DNA of 63,976 nucleotides, filler included, from Trichomonas gallinae (taxonomy: Eukaryota), in the NCBI GenBank assembly GCA_008369845.1. It is 8 parts of 8 records of this genome, joined end to end, with 100 filler letters (N's around TTAATTAATTAA, not from the genome) between each part and the next. Parts side by side here need not be neighbours in the genome. Positions count along the whole stretch, not along the records: positions 18,373 to 44,620 come from MRSU01000361.1; 7 more parts are not named here. The stretch is one strand, 5' to 3'. A program made the translations under genes and the position numbers. Positions 33,439 through 44,720 of this stretch are shown here, piece by piece. Each line of letters starts with the position of its first letter. Positions within the stretch are counted from its first letter, which is position 1. Below the pieces are notes generated by a model. That model worked only from the letters and a program-made list of their open reading frames with translations, was not told the DNA's origin and did not search any database.

Positions 33439-34986
33439 TCAAGATTTTGCACGTTTAGTTAATTTTGCTAACTTTATAATAAGTGTTTTCAGATTTTTGT
33501 TTTTGAGTTTCATCTCTTCATATTCTCTTCTCATTTGATTAATGCTCTCTGTCTTTCCTTTAATCTGATTTCTCATATTCCGTACCACTTCTTTCATTTT
33601 TTCAACGTTTTCGACATTAGCACCTGGCTTTATGATAATCGGAGTATTGATACCAGTTGATACGATTACTGGCCCGTTAAAGCTTGTGTGTCGCAAGGGA
33701 ATATAACTTTCACATTTTTTAAGCTGCTCAGCTTTTGCTTTCAGAACTTTGCTTATTTGTTTGAGTTGATGGTTTGTGGAATTGACTGCTTTGCGACTTT
33801 TAACCAGCTTATTTTCAAGGTCCTTATCTGCAGTCCATATTGATTTGAGATAGTTTTCTGCATTTTCAAATTCATTTTTCATGACTTTCGTTTTGTCTTC
33901 TGCCACTATTATTCTGTGCTGGTTGTCTATTTCTTGAATATTCTGTCTTTCGCGAAATTCTTGCAGCAAAGCATTTTGAAGCGGATCTTGCTCAATTTTC
34001 GCAATTATGCTGCGGATTAGTTGCTTTGAAGATTCATTTAGTTCTTTAATGCGCTCAACTCCAATCATGCACTCTTCTTTTTGTTTTTTTATTTTTGACT
34101 CGCATTCGGTTTGAATTTTCTTAACATCATCATCGATTTTTGCCAATTCTACGCGAAGATTATGCATTATATCTGTTTCTTGCTTTGCTTTGCTAATATT
34201 TGCGTTGTTTTTCTCATCGAGTTGCTTGAAATAGAAATATTTCTGCTCATAAATTTCTCTAAGATCGTTTAAGTTGCTATTATATTCTGCACATATTTTT
34301 ATGTTTTCTTTTTCACGCATCTCTCGAAGCTCTGAAAGTTTTGCATCATAATTATCTTTTGATCTTTCGTATTTAAAATTATTCTGCATTTCAAGCTGAG
34401 AAAGTGATTCATTTTGTGCTCTGAGTGTAGCTATTTTGAAATTTCTTGTTTGTTTCCATATATTTTGTTCATTTTCCTTAGTTTGAATAGTACAAACTGT
34501 ATTTTCTTTGATTAATTGCATACAACGGTTTAGATCATTAATTTTATCAGTTATTTGTTTATAATCGAGTTTTAAACATTGCTTTTGCGATTGAATTTCT
34601 GAAAGCTTTTTATTAAATTCTTCGTTTTGGTACATCCTATGTTTTTCTTGTATCTGAGCGATATGCTCTTCCAATGAAAGCTTATTATATTCAAATTTAG
34701 CTCGTTCCTTTTGAGAATCAGTTATATGCATATCTAATTCGTTGCATTGAGAATTGATATCATCAGTGTGCATATTTATATCTATTACCTTCTTCATTTC
34801 GATATCTTTCAGCTTTTGGTATTCATTAATTTCGTTTTTTAAATTGTTAATTTGTTGATTTCTTAACGATAAGATACCTTTATTATATTCTATTGCATCT
34901 TTTAATGAAGATATTTTAGCAACCAAGTCTTGAATTTCACTTTCTTTCGAATTCACGATCTCAATTAACTCATTGAATAAATTCAT
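33439..34986 (-). CDS. Coiled-coil hypothetical protein
   Basis: About 515-aa K/E/N/Q-rich heptad ORF; first ATG at 34986. Confidence 0.75.
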   Translation of the reverse strand: MNLFNELIEIVNSKESEIQDLVAKISSLKDAIEYNKGILSLRNQQINNLKNEINEYQKLKDIEMKKVIDINMHTDDINSQCNELDMHITDSQKERAKFEYNKLSLEEHIAQIQEKHRMYQNEEFNKKLSEIQSQKQCLKLDYKQITDKINDLNRCMQLIKENTVCTIQTKENEQNIWKQTRNFKIATLRAQNESLSQLEMQNNFKYERSKDNYDAKLSELREMREKENIKICAEYNSNLNDLREIYEQKYFYFKQLDEKNNANISKAKQETDIMHNLRVELAKIDDDVKKIQTECESKIKKQKEECMIGVERIKELNESSKQLIRSIIAKIEQDPLQNALLQEFRERQNIQEIDNQHRIIVAEDKTKVMKNEFENAENYLKSIWTADKDLENKLVKSRKAVNSTNHQLKQISKVLKAKAEQLKKCESYIPLRHTSFNGPVIVSTGINTPIIIKPGANVENVEKMKEVVRNMRNQIKGKTESINQMRREYEEMKLKNKNLKTLIIKLAKLTKRAKS

Positions 34987-35908
34987 TATGAATTTATTCA
35001 ATTTACAAAAAATAGTTTGATCAATTACAAATATAAGAATACATCTTTAATATGAAATTTGATATTTGATCAATTCAGTGAAAAAAGAAAACTAATCATT
35101 TATTTTTCAAGTAACATTCCAACAACTCTATCTGAGTTACGTTGAAGATGGCTAAGAGCAGATCTTATATTAACGTTGAGATTTTGTAATTTTTCCATTC
35201 TTAAATTAGAATAGTAAGTATATTATTATCATAATATAATGCAATATCTATATGAAATTCATATATTGTTTGCAAATTACTGCAGCTTAAATTCAACATC
35301 TCCTTTCACGATTTGATTTAGCATTATGTTTAAAATTATAAGCCGATTTATTCATAGAAAATTCGTATTGATACAAAATAGTTGCATTTTCATATACCTG
35401 AGAGCTCAAAGAGAGTTTGATCTCATTTTTCGATTTTTTAAACGTACACTTTATTATATTTCATCTTTTTCGATCGAACTGATTGAAATTCACTTTTCAA
35501 TGCCACGTATCATAAATATAATAAAGTTCTAGTCATCTATTTGCGCTTTTATCTTGATATGCTTCAATTTAATCAAAAACCTGATAATTAATAAAAAAAA
35601 AAAATCAGAAGAAGACTATACAGTATTACTCAACTAGTGGTGTATGACACATTAATTTGCTAAAAACTTGCCAATTACAATACAACGCTTCACAAAACAG
35701 TACAATTGTTGAGAAAAAAAAAATTGATCAGATTAAATCTAAATGGAACATCTTGATTAACATTCTACAAAAAGACAAAATAACGGTTTATTTTTTTTTT
35801 GTGAAAACTTTAAGATCTTAAGATTTTGATATATATGACTTCGTTTCTAATTGCTCCCATATAAGGGATTGTTTGCTAAACGGCGAAAATTTCTTCATTG
35901 TTTTTTGG

Positions 35909-36874
35909 ATGACAGAAGATTTCACCAAGAAAAAAATCAGATCTTATGGCGAAAGGAAGATTCCAGATGAGTTGCCAGAGCTCCCAGGTGTTGAATTCGG
36001 GAAAATTGTCGGCTCAGGATTCTTTTCACATGTATATAACGGAACATTCCGAGGGAAACCAGCTGCGATTAAACTTGTTGAGAGAGGAAATACCAAGCTT
36101 ACATTGAAAGAGATAGAGTTTCTTAAAACTCTCAAAGGGACACCAGATGTTGTTCAGCTTTATGCAGCTTTTCAAACAGATAATATGATTTTAGTTTTCG
36201 AGTACGTTGAATCCTGCACTACTGATTATTTTTACAACCATTTATCAATCCCACGTCTTCGATTTTTCGTCAAACATGTTTTGAACGCACTCAAAGGAGC
36301 CCATGCTCTTAACATCGTTCACAGAGATGTTAAGTTCGCTAATGTTCTCGTATCTCCATCATGGGATCGCGTATCTCTTATTGATTGGGGATGCGCTTCT
36401 ACTATCCAAGATTCTATGTCCTCATGCGCTGGGTCACGTAATTGTCGATCGCCTGAAATGCTAATGGGTTACAAAGGATATAAAACAGCCTGCGATTGCT
36501 GGGCGGTAGGAGCAATGATCGTAGATATTCTAACTGAAGGAAATCTACCTTGGAAGAAAGGAAACACGACCGATGTATTGGTGGGAATATCTAGATATTT
36601 TGGATCTGATGGAATCTTGGCCATATCTGAGAGATATGAAATTCCTATAAATAATGATGTTCTAGAAAGACTCTCTAAGGAACCAATAAAAACCATTGAA
36701 AGTAAGATAACTGAAAGAATGATGCCAATTTGGACAGAAAAGCTTAAGAATCTTGTATATGGTCTTCTTCAAGTAGATCCAGAGAAGCGTCTTACTATAG
36801 AACAGGCAACAAAAGCCAAATACTTTTTCGGGAAAAAGAAAGTAATTATTACAAAAGAAGTGAATTTGCAATAA
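35909..36874 (+). CDS. CMGC protein kinase, CK2-alpha-like
   Basis: GSGFFSHV loop, AAIK, HRDVK, DWG in place of DFG (a CK2 hallmark) and SPE. Confidence 0.85.
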   Translation: MTEDFTKKKIRSYGERKIPDELPELPGVEFGKIVGSGFFSHVYNGTFRGKPAAIKLVERGNTKLTLKEIEFLKTLKGTPDVVQLYAAFQTDNMILVFEYVESCTTDYFYNHLSIPRLRFFVKHVLNALKGAHALNIVHRDVKFANVLVSPSWDRVSLIDWGCASTIQDSMSSCAGSRNCRSPEMLMGYKGYKTACDCWAVGAMIVDILTEGNLPWKKGNTTDVLVGISRYFGSDGILAISERYEIPINNDVLERLSKEPIKTIESKITERMMPIWTEKLKNLVYGLLQVDPEKRLTIEQATKAKYFFGKKKVIITKEVNLQ

Positions 36875-36952
36875 TACGCGAACTGTGTTATTGATATTAT
36901 AAATATTGTTTGATTTATATTTTTTTTATATTTTTTTAGTTTTTACTATTTT

Positions 36953-39900
36953 ATGGAGCAAGTTGGAGACAGATCCACGTGGGACAGCATATACCACGCA
37001 CTGTTTAATGAGACACTCCTCTTTAACTTGTTCTATAGTTTGGGCGACAAAGAAATCATAATTCGGAATTTACATAATTATTTTAAGATCGAGAATAAAT
37101 CCGATGAAAATTTCTATCGCAGATATGTTATTGATTCAATTTTAAAACGATTTGATCAATCAAATATAATGAAAAACGAAGAAATTGTTATTTATTATTT
37201 AAATAAATCGCCAGATCAAGTTGCAAAAGCTCTACTTCCATACATAACATCTGATAACACAGGTAAGACCTTCACTGTAAAAGAAATACATAATATTTCG
37301 TTCTTTTTACTTGCGTTTTATGATACATACCCAGGTGCATACAAGATACTTTACAATAAATTCAAGAATCTTATCGAATCTATCACAATATCAGCTATAT
37401 ATGAATGCATCGGCCAAGAAACTCTATGGTTACTCAAAGAAATTCCTTCAGATTTTGCAAATTCCATAAATATTGACCCAGCATCGATAGTTAACTTATT
37501 TTCTATGCCAATATTCTTTACAGATCCAAATTTTACGCAGATTTTGCAAACAAAAATTACAAATTTATATTTATACCCAAACCAATTTCCAAAAATGCCA
37601 GATTTAGCGTTTTCATGTATGAATACGACAATAAGTCTTGATCTCCATTTCATGGATTTAATGAATCAGATGTCGATTGAGTATCTTACAAGCGGCGACT
37701 ATAATCTGATGATTTCAAACTTCAAGCTATTTCAGACTACTATTCCATATTTTCTAGTAGCACACCACGATTTAATCTACAAAGATCTTAGAGGAATTTT
37801 GCCTCTTCTCAATGAAACTTTTCAACCATCACGTGCTTCTCAGCTTGTAGCAAGGTTCAGGAATGATTATAGACTCTTAGAAATTGTTCAATTCTTATCC
37901 ACAACCGCAAAAAGATATACATTAGAAGATCTTGTTAAGTTCTCAATTCCTTTCCTCGTCAAAAATGCCATTGGAAATTCTGATCTAATAAACTACAGTA
38001 AGCTTCGATATTTTACCGTCAGTGACAGACACGCTAAAATAGATTTCGATTTCATCAAATGTTATGCAATATTTAAGACATTTTTCTCTATTCTCACTTC
38101 TTCACCGGCATATTCAGGTAAATTTGTAGACCAAATTGGAGAACTTCTCGGCTCTATTACTATTCCGCAAATACGTGAGATAATTTGCATCGACATTTTC
38201 TCGCTACTTTTCATGAAGAAAAACGACGCATTTATTTTCAATACTTCCATCGTTCGCATGTTCATTAAAGTGCTCTCATCACACTCAACAAACCAATACA
38301 TAGCAAATGCTAGCCAAATATTCCAAAAGATACCTTTCTGGCAAAAAGATCCACCGTTTCAAAGCTTCTTTGAACGAAACCCTCAGGAAATTTTCGATTC
38401 AATTCTCTCGCAAAAGTGGGACCGCGCCGGCTTGCTGACACAGGGACTGCCTATGTATAGGCGTCTTTTCCTCCTTGCTTATGGCTTGAATGCTGCAATG
38501 TCAGGCAATCCAATACCGGAGGAATCTAAAGTATACGAAAACATAATTAGGCTGGAATATGAGTTAAACACGAAGGACGAATCTCCGTCATGCGCTCAAA
38601 TGTTTCCACAATACAGCGAACTATTTTCTAAGAGACGTAAGTTAAATATTGTGAATGCAGATGATATGGCCAGAGCTCAGAGTGATCTCGAAGCGTTCTA
38701 TAATTGCATAGATCTTGGTCCTCTACTCCAAGATCTCCATCGCTATAAGAGCTTATACGATTTCTCTTTCTATCTTAACGAGTATAGACATGTTACAAAC
38801 AGCAACAAGCTTGATATTTGCAGGGCTGTATTGATAGCTAGAAAATCAGGCAACACAGATTTTGCAGAAAAAATATGCAAGATGGCGGGAAAGACAGTTC
38901 TTGAGGTAATGCTTGAAAGATTAGAAGATATAGATGAATCATTTATAAAGGAAAATTATTCTGATCATAAACTGGAAATGATCACATTGGCTATAACTCA
39001 TTACAATCCTTCACTTATTTTTAACCTCGAAAATGTTCCTTCATGCATTAAGTCTTATGTGCGTGGATCGACAAATTCCGAAACAAATGAGCAGCGCCGT
39101 CTCTTGGAATTGGAGAGGCTTATTTCCGAATCACAAAACGTCGATGATGTTCTTTTCACTGTTCCTCACAGAGATGTCCTTATATCATTACTCAAGCTAC
39201 CAGAACTTAATGAAGTTGCATATGATGTTTTACAGACTGTTGAATACACAGCAGTCGAAGAAGAAATTTCAAAAGTTCTCTCTGCAAAAATCAAATATGT
39301 TCTTAGTGCAGCAAGTTCAACCGATGCAGTCTCAGCTGTGAAAATTCTCACTGAAAAATGCTCGAAAGATACAGCTCTTTTTTATCTTAAAACACACACT
39401 AATACCGAAGATATTAAGCCGATCGAATTCCTGCTTGACCAAAACATAAACGATAATTGTTTTGTTGCTAAATTAATTGAAGAATTTCCCACACATTTTC
39501 GCACATTGCTACAAAAATTTGGAAAATATTCTGAAACACTTAAGATTTTCGAAAGATGTTGTCCTAAAAACTGCGAAGACATACTCAGCGGCTACAAGAG
39601 CTTGCCTTCTGCTGTTTTATCAAAGTTGAGTACAGTTGATAAGAATTCTATCATTTCCGTGCTGGTTGATTCTCCAACTGACATTTTCTTACTCTCACAG
39701 AACGTAATGTATTTCCTTGATGATTTCTCCATTGAATTCCTACTAGAGTCAATAGACGATCTAAACGAAAGGTGCAAAGTAATGAAATTCTTATCAAGTT
39801 TCTTTCGTGCCGCTGATAGACTTAACTCAGCAATATCTAAAGTTGTTAACGCAATTGTCAAAAGAATATCCATCAATAGTATTGAAAGTGAAGATGCAGC

Positions 39901-41524
39901 TATTTTACAGCTGAAGATGGCACTGAGCATTGCCCGTAATAATGAGAGGAAAATAATTCAACTCCTAATCAATATCCTTAGATTGAGTCCATATTCCTTA
40001 CGATCTGCTCCTTATGAATTTTCTCTCTTTGGGGAAGAATCATTTGGCATGTTCATTATAGATTTTTGCTCATGCCTTGACTTCATTGATGTTGGCATAT
40101 CTGCATGCGATATTTTCGGCATAAGCGCGGACTTCATATATTCTAGAATTGCTTTTTATCAGTTGCGTTTTGGACTATATAATGAAGCAAAGAGTCACCC
40201 TCTCTCCCAAAATGCAAATCTTGATCACTACATCCACAAAGGTTGGAATCAAAACTCGACTCCATTCCTCGATGCTACAGCATTGTTCATTATGCCGCTA
40301 ATGAAGGCCACAATTGCACCACCATCTCTTGCGAAAGAACTGTTGGACTTGACAATTCCAATATCTCCCAAATCTTATGCAAAAATTGAGTATGACATTT
40401 ATAACAAATTGAAGCAGCTCACCGCGAATTTTATACAAAGATCGCACGCAAATCCAGGATTGCAATCAATTTCTCGCACTGCTGATGAGAAGAAAAGATT
40501 GGAGCTTGTAATGCATGCAAAGTATTTTGTTCTACGTTACTTTTCAATTTCTAACACATTATCATGCTTGGTGATGATGCATTGTATGTCTGATGCTTAT
40601 CAAACTCTTTTCAAAATAGAAAATCAAGCCGAAGCTGTCGATTTGTTTATGCATTATTTCTACCTCCCCGCAATTTCTGCTCTCAATGCAAGTGCATTTT
40701 GCGAATTCATGCACACGCAGGATCCGACCTACACACTAACTGCCTCATTCTGGGATGGGATCCTTGTTTATTTGCGGGAAATGCAAATGAACGAAAATCT
40801 TGCCTTTGTTTACAACTTCCGAAAAATGCACTCACAAGAAGCCATCGCAATCCTCAATTTATTCCCTGCCAAACGCTCGTCTGATGAAATGTATAGAGCT
40901 ACAGGTAGGGCATTCATTGCACTCGAAATGGCGCTTCAAGAACAGCATAATATCTCTGACATCAGCTATGAAGAGCTGCGGGAGACATATCAACTGGTTG
41001 GAATACAGCTCAATTTTTATCAGTTTTTGTATGAGAACAAACGCGAAAAATATGCTGAAGTCTTTGACCTTGTTCACAATCCTTCTTCTGGTGCCAAAAT
41101 GGCCGCGATTCTCCTTCTCGAAGCACATGATAATGTTCCATTGTACCAAGATATTATGAAAACAACCGGTGTTGATCTATCCGACATAATAGCTGCAGCA
41201 ACAGAGATAATCAACGAAGTAGAGCCAGAAAAATCGCTTGAAAAGATCAAATTGCTCAAGGAAAGAAATCCAGATCTCACTTTACAAATTATACGGAAGA
41301 CTCTGCCATTGCTATGCTTGTCCAAAAAGAATATTTACATCCCTCAATTCATCTTCCTTGTAGACGATCTGAGGACGCGTGCTTTGCTCTTCATTGAGTA
41401 CGACTGCTTAGGTGAAGCTTCGGAGCTTGTTCATACGGAAAAAATGGCCGACTTGAATACGCTTGTCGCATACAGAGCATCTCAAACAGGCTCAGATTTA
41501 ATTGTGCTCAATTTTGTAAAATAA
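36953..41524 (+). CDS. Large alpha-helical protein, putative spastizin (ZFYVE26/SPG15)-like
   Basis: 1523-aa ORF. The C-terminal third (FMHYFYLPA...QDPT...FRKMHSQEAIAILNLF; RALLFIEYDCLGEA...LVAYRASQTG) resembles my recollection of the spastizin C-terminus. The ORF is certain; the product call is tentative. Confidence 0.55.
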   Translation: MEQVGDRSTWDSIYHALFNETLLFNLFYSLGDKEIIIRNLHNYFKIENKSDENFYRRYVIDSILKRFDQSNIMKNEEIVIYYLNKSPDQVAKALLPYITSDNTGKTFTVKEIHNISFFLLAFYDTYPGAYKILYNKFKNLIESITISAIYECIGQETLWLLKEIPSDFANSINIDPASIVNLFSMPIFFTDPNFTQILQTKITNLYLYPNQFPKMPDLAFSCMNTTISLDLHFMDLMNQMSIEYLTSGDYNLMISNFKLFQTTIPYFLVAHHDLIYKDLRGILPLLNETFQPSRASQLVARFRNDYRLLEIVQFLSTTAKRYTLEDLVKFSIPFLVKNAIGNSDLINYSKLRYFTVSDRHAKIDFDFIKCYAIFKTFFSILTSSPAYSGKFVDQIGELLGSITIPQIREIICIDIFSLLFMKKNDAFIFNTSIVRMFIKVLSSHSTNQYIANASQIFQKIPFWQKDPPFQSFFERNPQEIFDSILSQKWDRAGLLTQGLPMYRRLFLLAYGLNAAMSGNPIPEESKVYENIIRLEYELNTKDESPSCAQMFPQYSELFSKRRKLNIVNADDMARAQSDLEAFYNCIDLGPLLQDLHRYKSLYDFSFYLNEYRHVTNSNKLDICRAVLIARKSGNTDFAEKICKMAGKTVLEVMLERLEDIDESFIKENYSDHKLEMITLAITHYNPSLIFNLENVPSCIKSYVRGSTNSETNEQRRLLELERLISESQNVDDVLFTVPHRDVLISLLKLPELNEVAYDVLQTVEYTAVEEEISKVLSAKIKYVLSAASSTDAVSAVKILTEKCSKDTALFYLKTHTNTEDIKPIEFLLDQNINDNCFVAKLIEEFPTHFRTLLQKFGKYSETLKIFERCCPKNCEDILSGYKSLPSAVLSKLSTVDKNSIISVLVDSPTDIFLLSQNVMYFLDDFSIEFLLESIDDLNERCKVMKFLSSFFRAADRLNSAISKVVNAIVKRISINSIESEDAAILQLKMALSIARNNERKIIQLLINILRLSPYSLRSAPYEFSLFGEESFGMFIIDFCSCLDFIDVGISACDIFGISADFIYSRIAFYQLRFGLYNEAKSHPLSQNANLDHYIHKGWNQNSTPFLDATALFIMPLMKATIAPPSLAKELLDLTIPISPKSYAKIEYDIYNKLKQLTANFIQRSHANPGLQSISRTADEKKRLELVMHAKYFVLRYFSISNTLSCLVMMHCMSDAYQTLFKIENQAEAVDLFMHYFYLPAISALNASAFCEFMHTQDPTYTLTASFWDGILVYLREMQMNENLAFVYNFRKMHSQEAIAILNLFPAKRSSDEMYRATGRAFIALEMALQEQHNISDISYEELRETYQLVGIQLNFYQFLYENKREKYAEVFDLVHNPSSGAKMAAILLLEAHDNVPLYQDIMKTTGVDLSDIIAAATEIINEVEPEKSLEKIKLLKERNPDLTLQIIRKTLPLLCLSKKNIYIPQFIFLVDDLRTRALLFIEYDCLGEASELVHTEKMADLNTLVAYRASQTGSDLIVLNFVK

Positions 41525-41563
41525 AATGATTTTGTTTTTTAATAAATAAACGGTCACCTTTAT

Positions 41564-43627
41564 ATGACCTTCAGTAGCTACTCATCTGGGACTGCTACTG
41601 AGACAGAGCCAGATGACCTAAAATTTGATGACATCAGCGATAATGACTCTTATAAGATAGAAAAAATCCAGATTCTTAATGAGGAACTTCAACGGAAGAA
41701 CGAAATGATAAATAAATATACGCAGGGATATCCACAATATGAAGAATTACACATGCAACTTCGTGAAGCTGTGTCAAAATCGAAAGATTTCGAAATTCAA
41801 AATGAAAATCTTAAAATACGACTAAAGCAATCACAAAAGCAGGTTATTTCACTCAATAATCAGTTAAAAGAAACAAAATCCGAGTATGAAAATAAAATAA
41901 AACAATTAGAAGATCAAAAAATGCAGGATTCGCATCAAATAGAGACAAAATACAAAGAAATTATTAACGATCTACAATCAAGACTCGAAAAATGCGATTT
42001 AGAGCCAAAAGTTAACGATTTTCTCCATGAAATTTCAAATACATTCCGAAACAAATTTAATACATTGGATGAACTAACTAATTTCATAAGCCAGCACGAA
42101 GATAAGTATCAAAAGGAATTAGAAAATATGGCAAACCAATGCGAAAAACAAAATCAAGAATTCCAAAATAAAATTGATAATTTAAAGACTCGGAATCGAA
42201 TTTTACTTGATGAGCAGAACGAAGATAAAACAGATATAGCTAATTTTAAGCGTATGATCAAAGATCTCAGAAAGCAGCTGAAGAAAAATGATTTTAATTA
42301 CAATCAAAGAGTAATTGATTCTGATCAAGAAATTTACAAGCTACAGCAAGCAAATAACTCACTACAAGGACAAATTTCGTCTCTAGAAAACACATGTTCA
42401 CGCCTTCGTGCCCAAATATCAGAATCAGAAAATCGATTTCAAATTCTTTCCTCAAAATGCGAAAATTTTGAGTCGCAAATCAAAAAACTTGTTAAGCAGA
42501 ACAGTGATGATGCAGCAGCAAGGATCGAAGAGCAAAAGAAGAGTGAGAAATCACATATGGCGGAAATAGACCGTTTGTCGAGTGAGCTCACAAGAGCGAG
42601 GGACGAAAAGTCATCACTCGAATCTGAGTTTCGATACTTCGCTGATAAAGCTCGATCAGCCCTTGATCAGCGCTCATCTCTCAAAGAAAAAGTTGCGACA
42701 GCAAATCAGAAGAACAGCGAGCTCGAATCAAAAATCGTTCAGATGACCTCGGAGCTTTCAAAAATGGAGCTTGAGAAACATGCACTTGAAACTAAAATCA
42801 GTGACATGTCATCTAAACAATCAAGCATTATTGTCCCTAAATCAGATATTCGTACAGAAAACAAGAATCATGATGAGATTTGCAGAACTTTCGAGATGAT
42901 TATTCTCGGACTGAAACAAGAAATAACAGAGCTTAGCAAGCAGCGCGATAGACTCGCAGCAATGCTTGTGAAACAAAACAATGTCGTAAAAAGGCTTGAA
43001 AGCACACAAAGTGCAAGCCAGTTTGCGAACGATGATGAAATAGTTGACAAAATATGGGAAATTGTGAAAGGATGTATTAGTGAGAATGAGAGGAATAAGT
43101 TTGATGTGACATTATCTAGCAAAAAATTGACATTCACGGCAAAAATCAAATACATTTTCACAGAAATATCGCGTACACAGTTATCAGTAGTTGCCGATGA
43201 GATTCTTGCTTGGATGGAGTCACTCAGGAGATTCAACACCAATGATGAAGTTATCTCTTCAATATCAAAATTTGTTGAGAATAATACTCAAGCTAAAGAA
43301 TTGAAGAAAGTTCCACTGCGAGAATCATTGGAAAAACTTGCATCTGAAGGGATAGCTTCATACAATGCTCTCAGATTGATATCTTTTATGCATAGCGTTT
43401 GCGAACAGCAACAACTAGAGCTAGATTCTATTGAAAGCTACAGGCAGAACATCCCGAAATTGATGGAAAAAATGAATTCATTGAAAGAAAAATATGAAAA
43501 AATGCGAACATTAGCAAAGTCTCTTCGAGATGAGTTATCTGTTAGGCTGGAGTATGAAGAAAAATTAGAACATGAAGCTAAAGCAATGAGAGAAAAAATG
43601 GAGCATTTAATTTTACCAACTAAATAA
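41564..43627 (+). CDS. Long coiled-coil protein
   Basis: 687-aa heptad-rich ORF; CCTTT (M5-like) lies just before the ATG. Confidence 0.8.
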   Translation: MTFSSYSSGTATETEPDDLKFDDISDNDSYKIEKIQILNEELQRKNEMINKYTQGYPQYEELHMQLREAVSKSKDFEIQNENLKIRLKQSQKQVISLNNQLKETKSEYENKIKQLEDQKMQDSHQIETKYKEIINDLQSRLEKCDLEPKVNDFLHEISNTFRNKFNTLDELTNFISQHEDKYQKELENMANQCEKQNQEFQNKIDNLKTRNRILLDEQNEDKTDIANFKRMIKDLRKQLKKNDFNYNQRVIDSDQEIYKLQQANNSLQGQISSLENTCSRLRAQISESENRFQILSSKCENFESQIKKLVKQNSDDAAARIEEQKKSEKSHMAEIDRLSSELTRARDEKSSLESEFRYFADKARSALDQRSSLKEKVATANQKNSELESKIVQMTSELSKMELEKHALETKISDMSSKQSSIIVPKSDIRTENKNHDEICRTFEMIILGLKQEITELSKQRDRLAAMLVKQNNVVKRLESTQSASQFANDDEIVDKIWEIVKGCISENERNKFDVTLSSKKLTFTAKIKYIFTEISRTQLSVVADEILAWMESLRRFNTNDEVISSISKFVENNTQAKELKKVPLRESLEKLASEGIASYNALRLISFMHSVCEQQQLELDSIESYRQNIPKLMEKMNSLKEKYEKMRTLAKSLRDELSVRLEYEEKLEHEAKAMREKMEHLILPTK

Positions 43628-43786
43628 AATAATTATGTTTGTTTATACACGATTTTCATTTTTAAAGATGAATATACAACAACATTTATTTTGTTATATT
43701 TTGAATTTTGGTTTGATAACTAATAGTTTGTAATTTACTTGTCAAAAATTAAAAATAAAAAATATATAATATTTTCGACAATTAAA

Positions 43787-44620
43787 ATGCATTCTTCTTG
43801 TGTGGTATCTTTCCACCTTCTTCATATCGGGTCCACTAAAAAGGAAAATGAAAGGATACCACCCAAGGATTGTGGTGCACAAAAATTTCGTGGTATCCTA
43901 CTCCAGCACTACTTTCATTCGTGGGATAAAGAAGATGTGAAACAATAAGTCAGATAACACGTTTATAATCCCGAAGATCTCCTCGAGATATCCCCGGGAG
44001 AGAAGGCTGTGGACGGGTGCGGGCTGTTTCAGCCAAAATCTGTCAAGTCTAAGCAATACGACAAGGGACTCACGCTCAAGGCTTTCACAGTCCTCGACGA
44101 CACTCAGACAAACGCTGTCAGAGCTATCACGAGCTATTCTCCGGTATACGAGAAGTTCCTCTCCATAGACAACCTCCTGGCTAACACGATGATGTTCTGC
44201 ATGACGACGACTATCTCTGATGGAACATCCACTAAAATCCTCTTCGACAGCTCTTCAGGGGTCTTGAAGATAGATGATATGACTCTGACAGCGAGCGGAC
44301 TCATGAACATGAAGGAGTTTCTGAAAGGGAAGTTGCTGGAATACCAGGACGTCTGGCTGATGGGTCGGGATGTGTATGTTGTCGCGACATCAGTTGGGAA
44401 GACGAATAGAAGGTGCCGCGGCAAAAACTTATCGAAGAATATCGGGAAAGTTATTAGCTCCGATTAACTGCTTAGGTTAGTAACCACGTCTGTAGCAGCT
44501 TTTTCAGATTCTCCGCATAAGTGGTTCTATATAGGAAGAGTTGCCTCCGACTTTCAATTCTATCACATCTCAGATAGCAAAAACGAACGTCTACCACCCA
44601 AGAAAGGTAGTGCACGCAAT
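43787..44620 (+). pseudogene. GC-rich single reading frame with three in-frame TAA codons and an internal protein repeat; runs into the gap
   Basis: ORFs 43739-43948 and 44009-44467 and the sequence up to 44620 share one frame. Stops at 43946, 43955 and 44465 are all TAA. Confidence 0.6.
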
Positions 44621-44720
44621 NNNNNNNNNNNNNNNNNNNNNNNNNNNNNNNNNNNNNNNNNNNNTTAATTAATTAANNNNNNNNNNNNNNNNNNNNNNNN
44701 NNNNNNNNNNNNNNNNNNNN
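44621..44720. other. Assembly gap with artificial linker
   Basis: N44-TTAATTAATTAA-N44. Confidence 0.98.
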
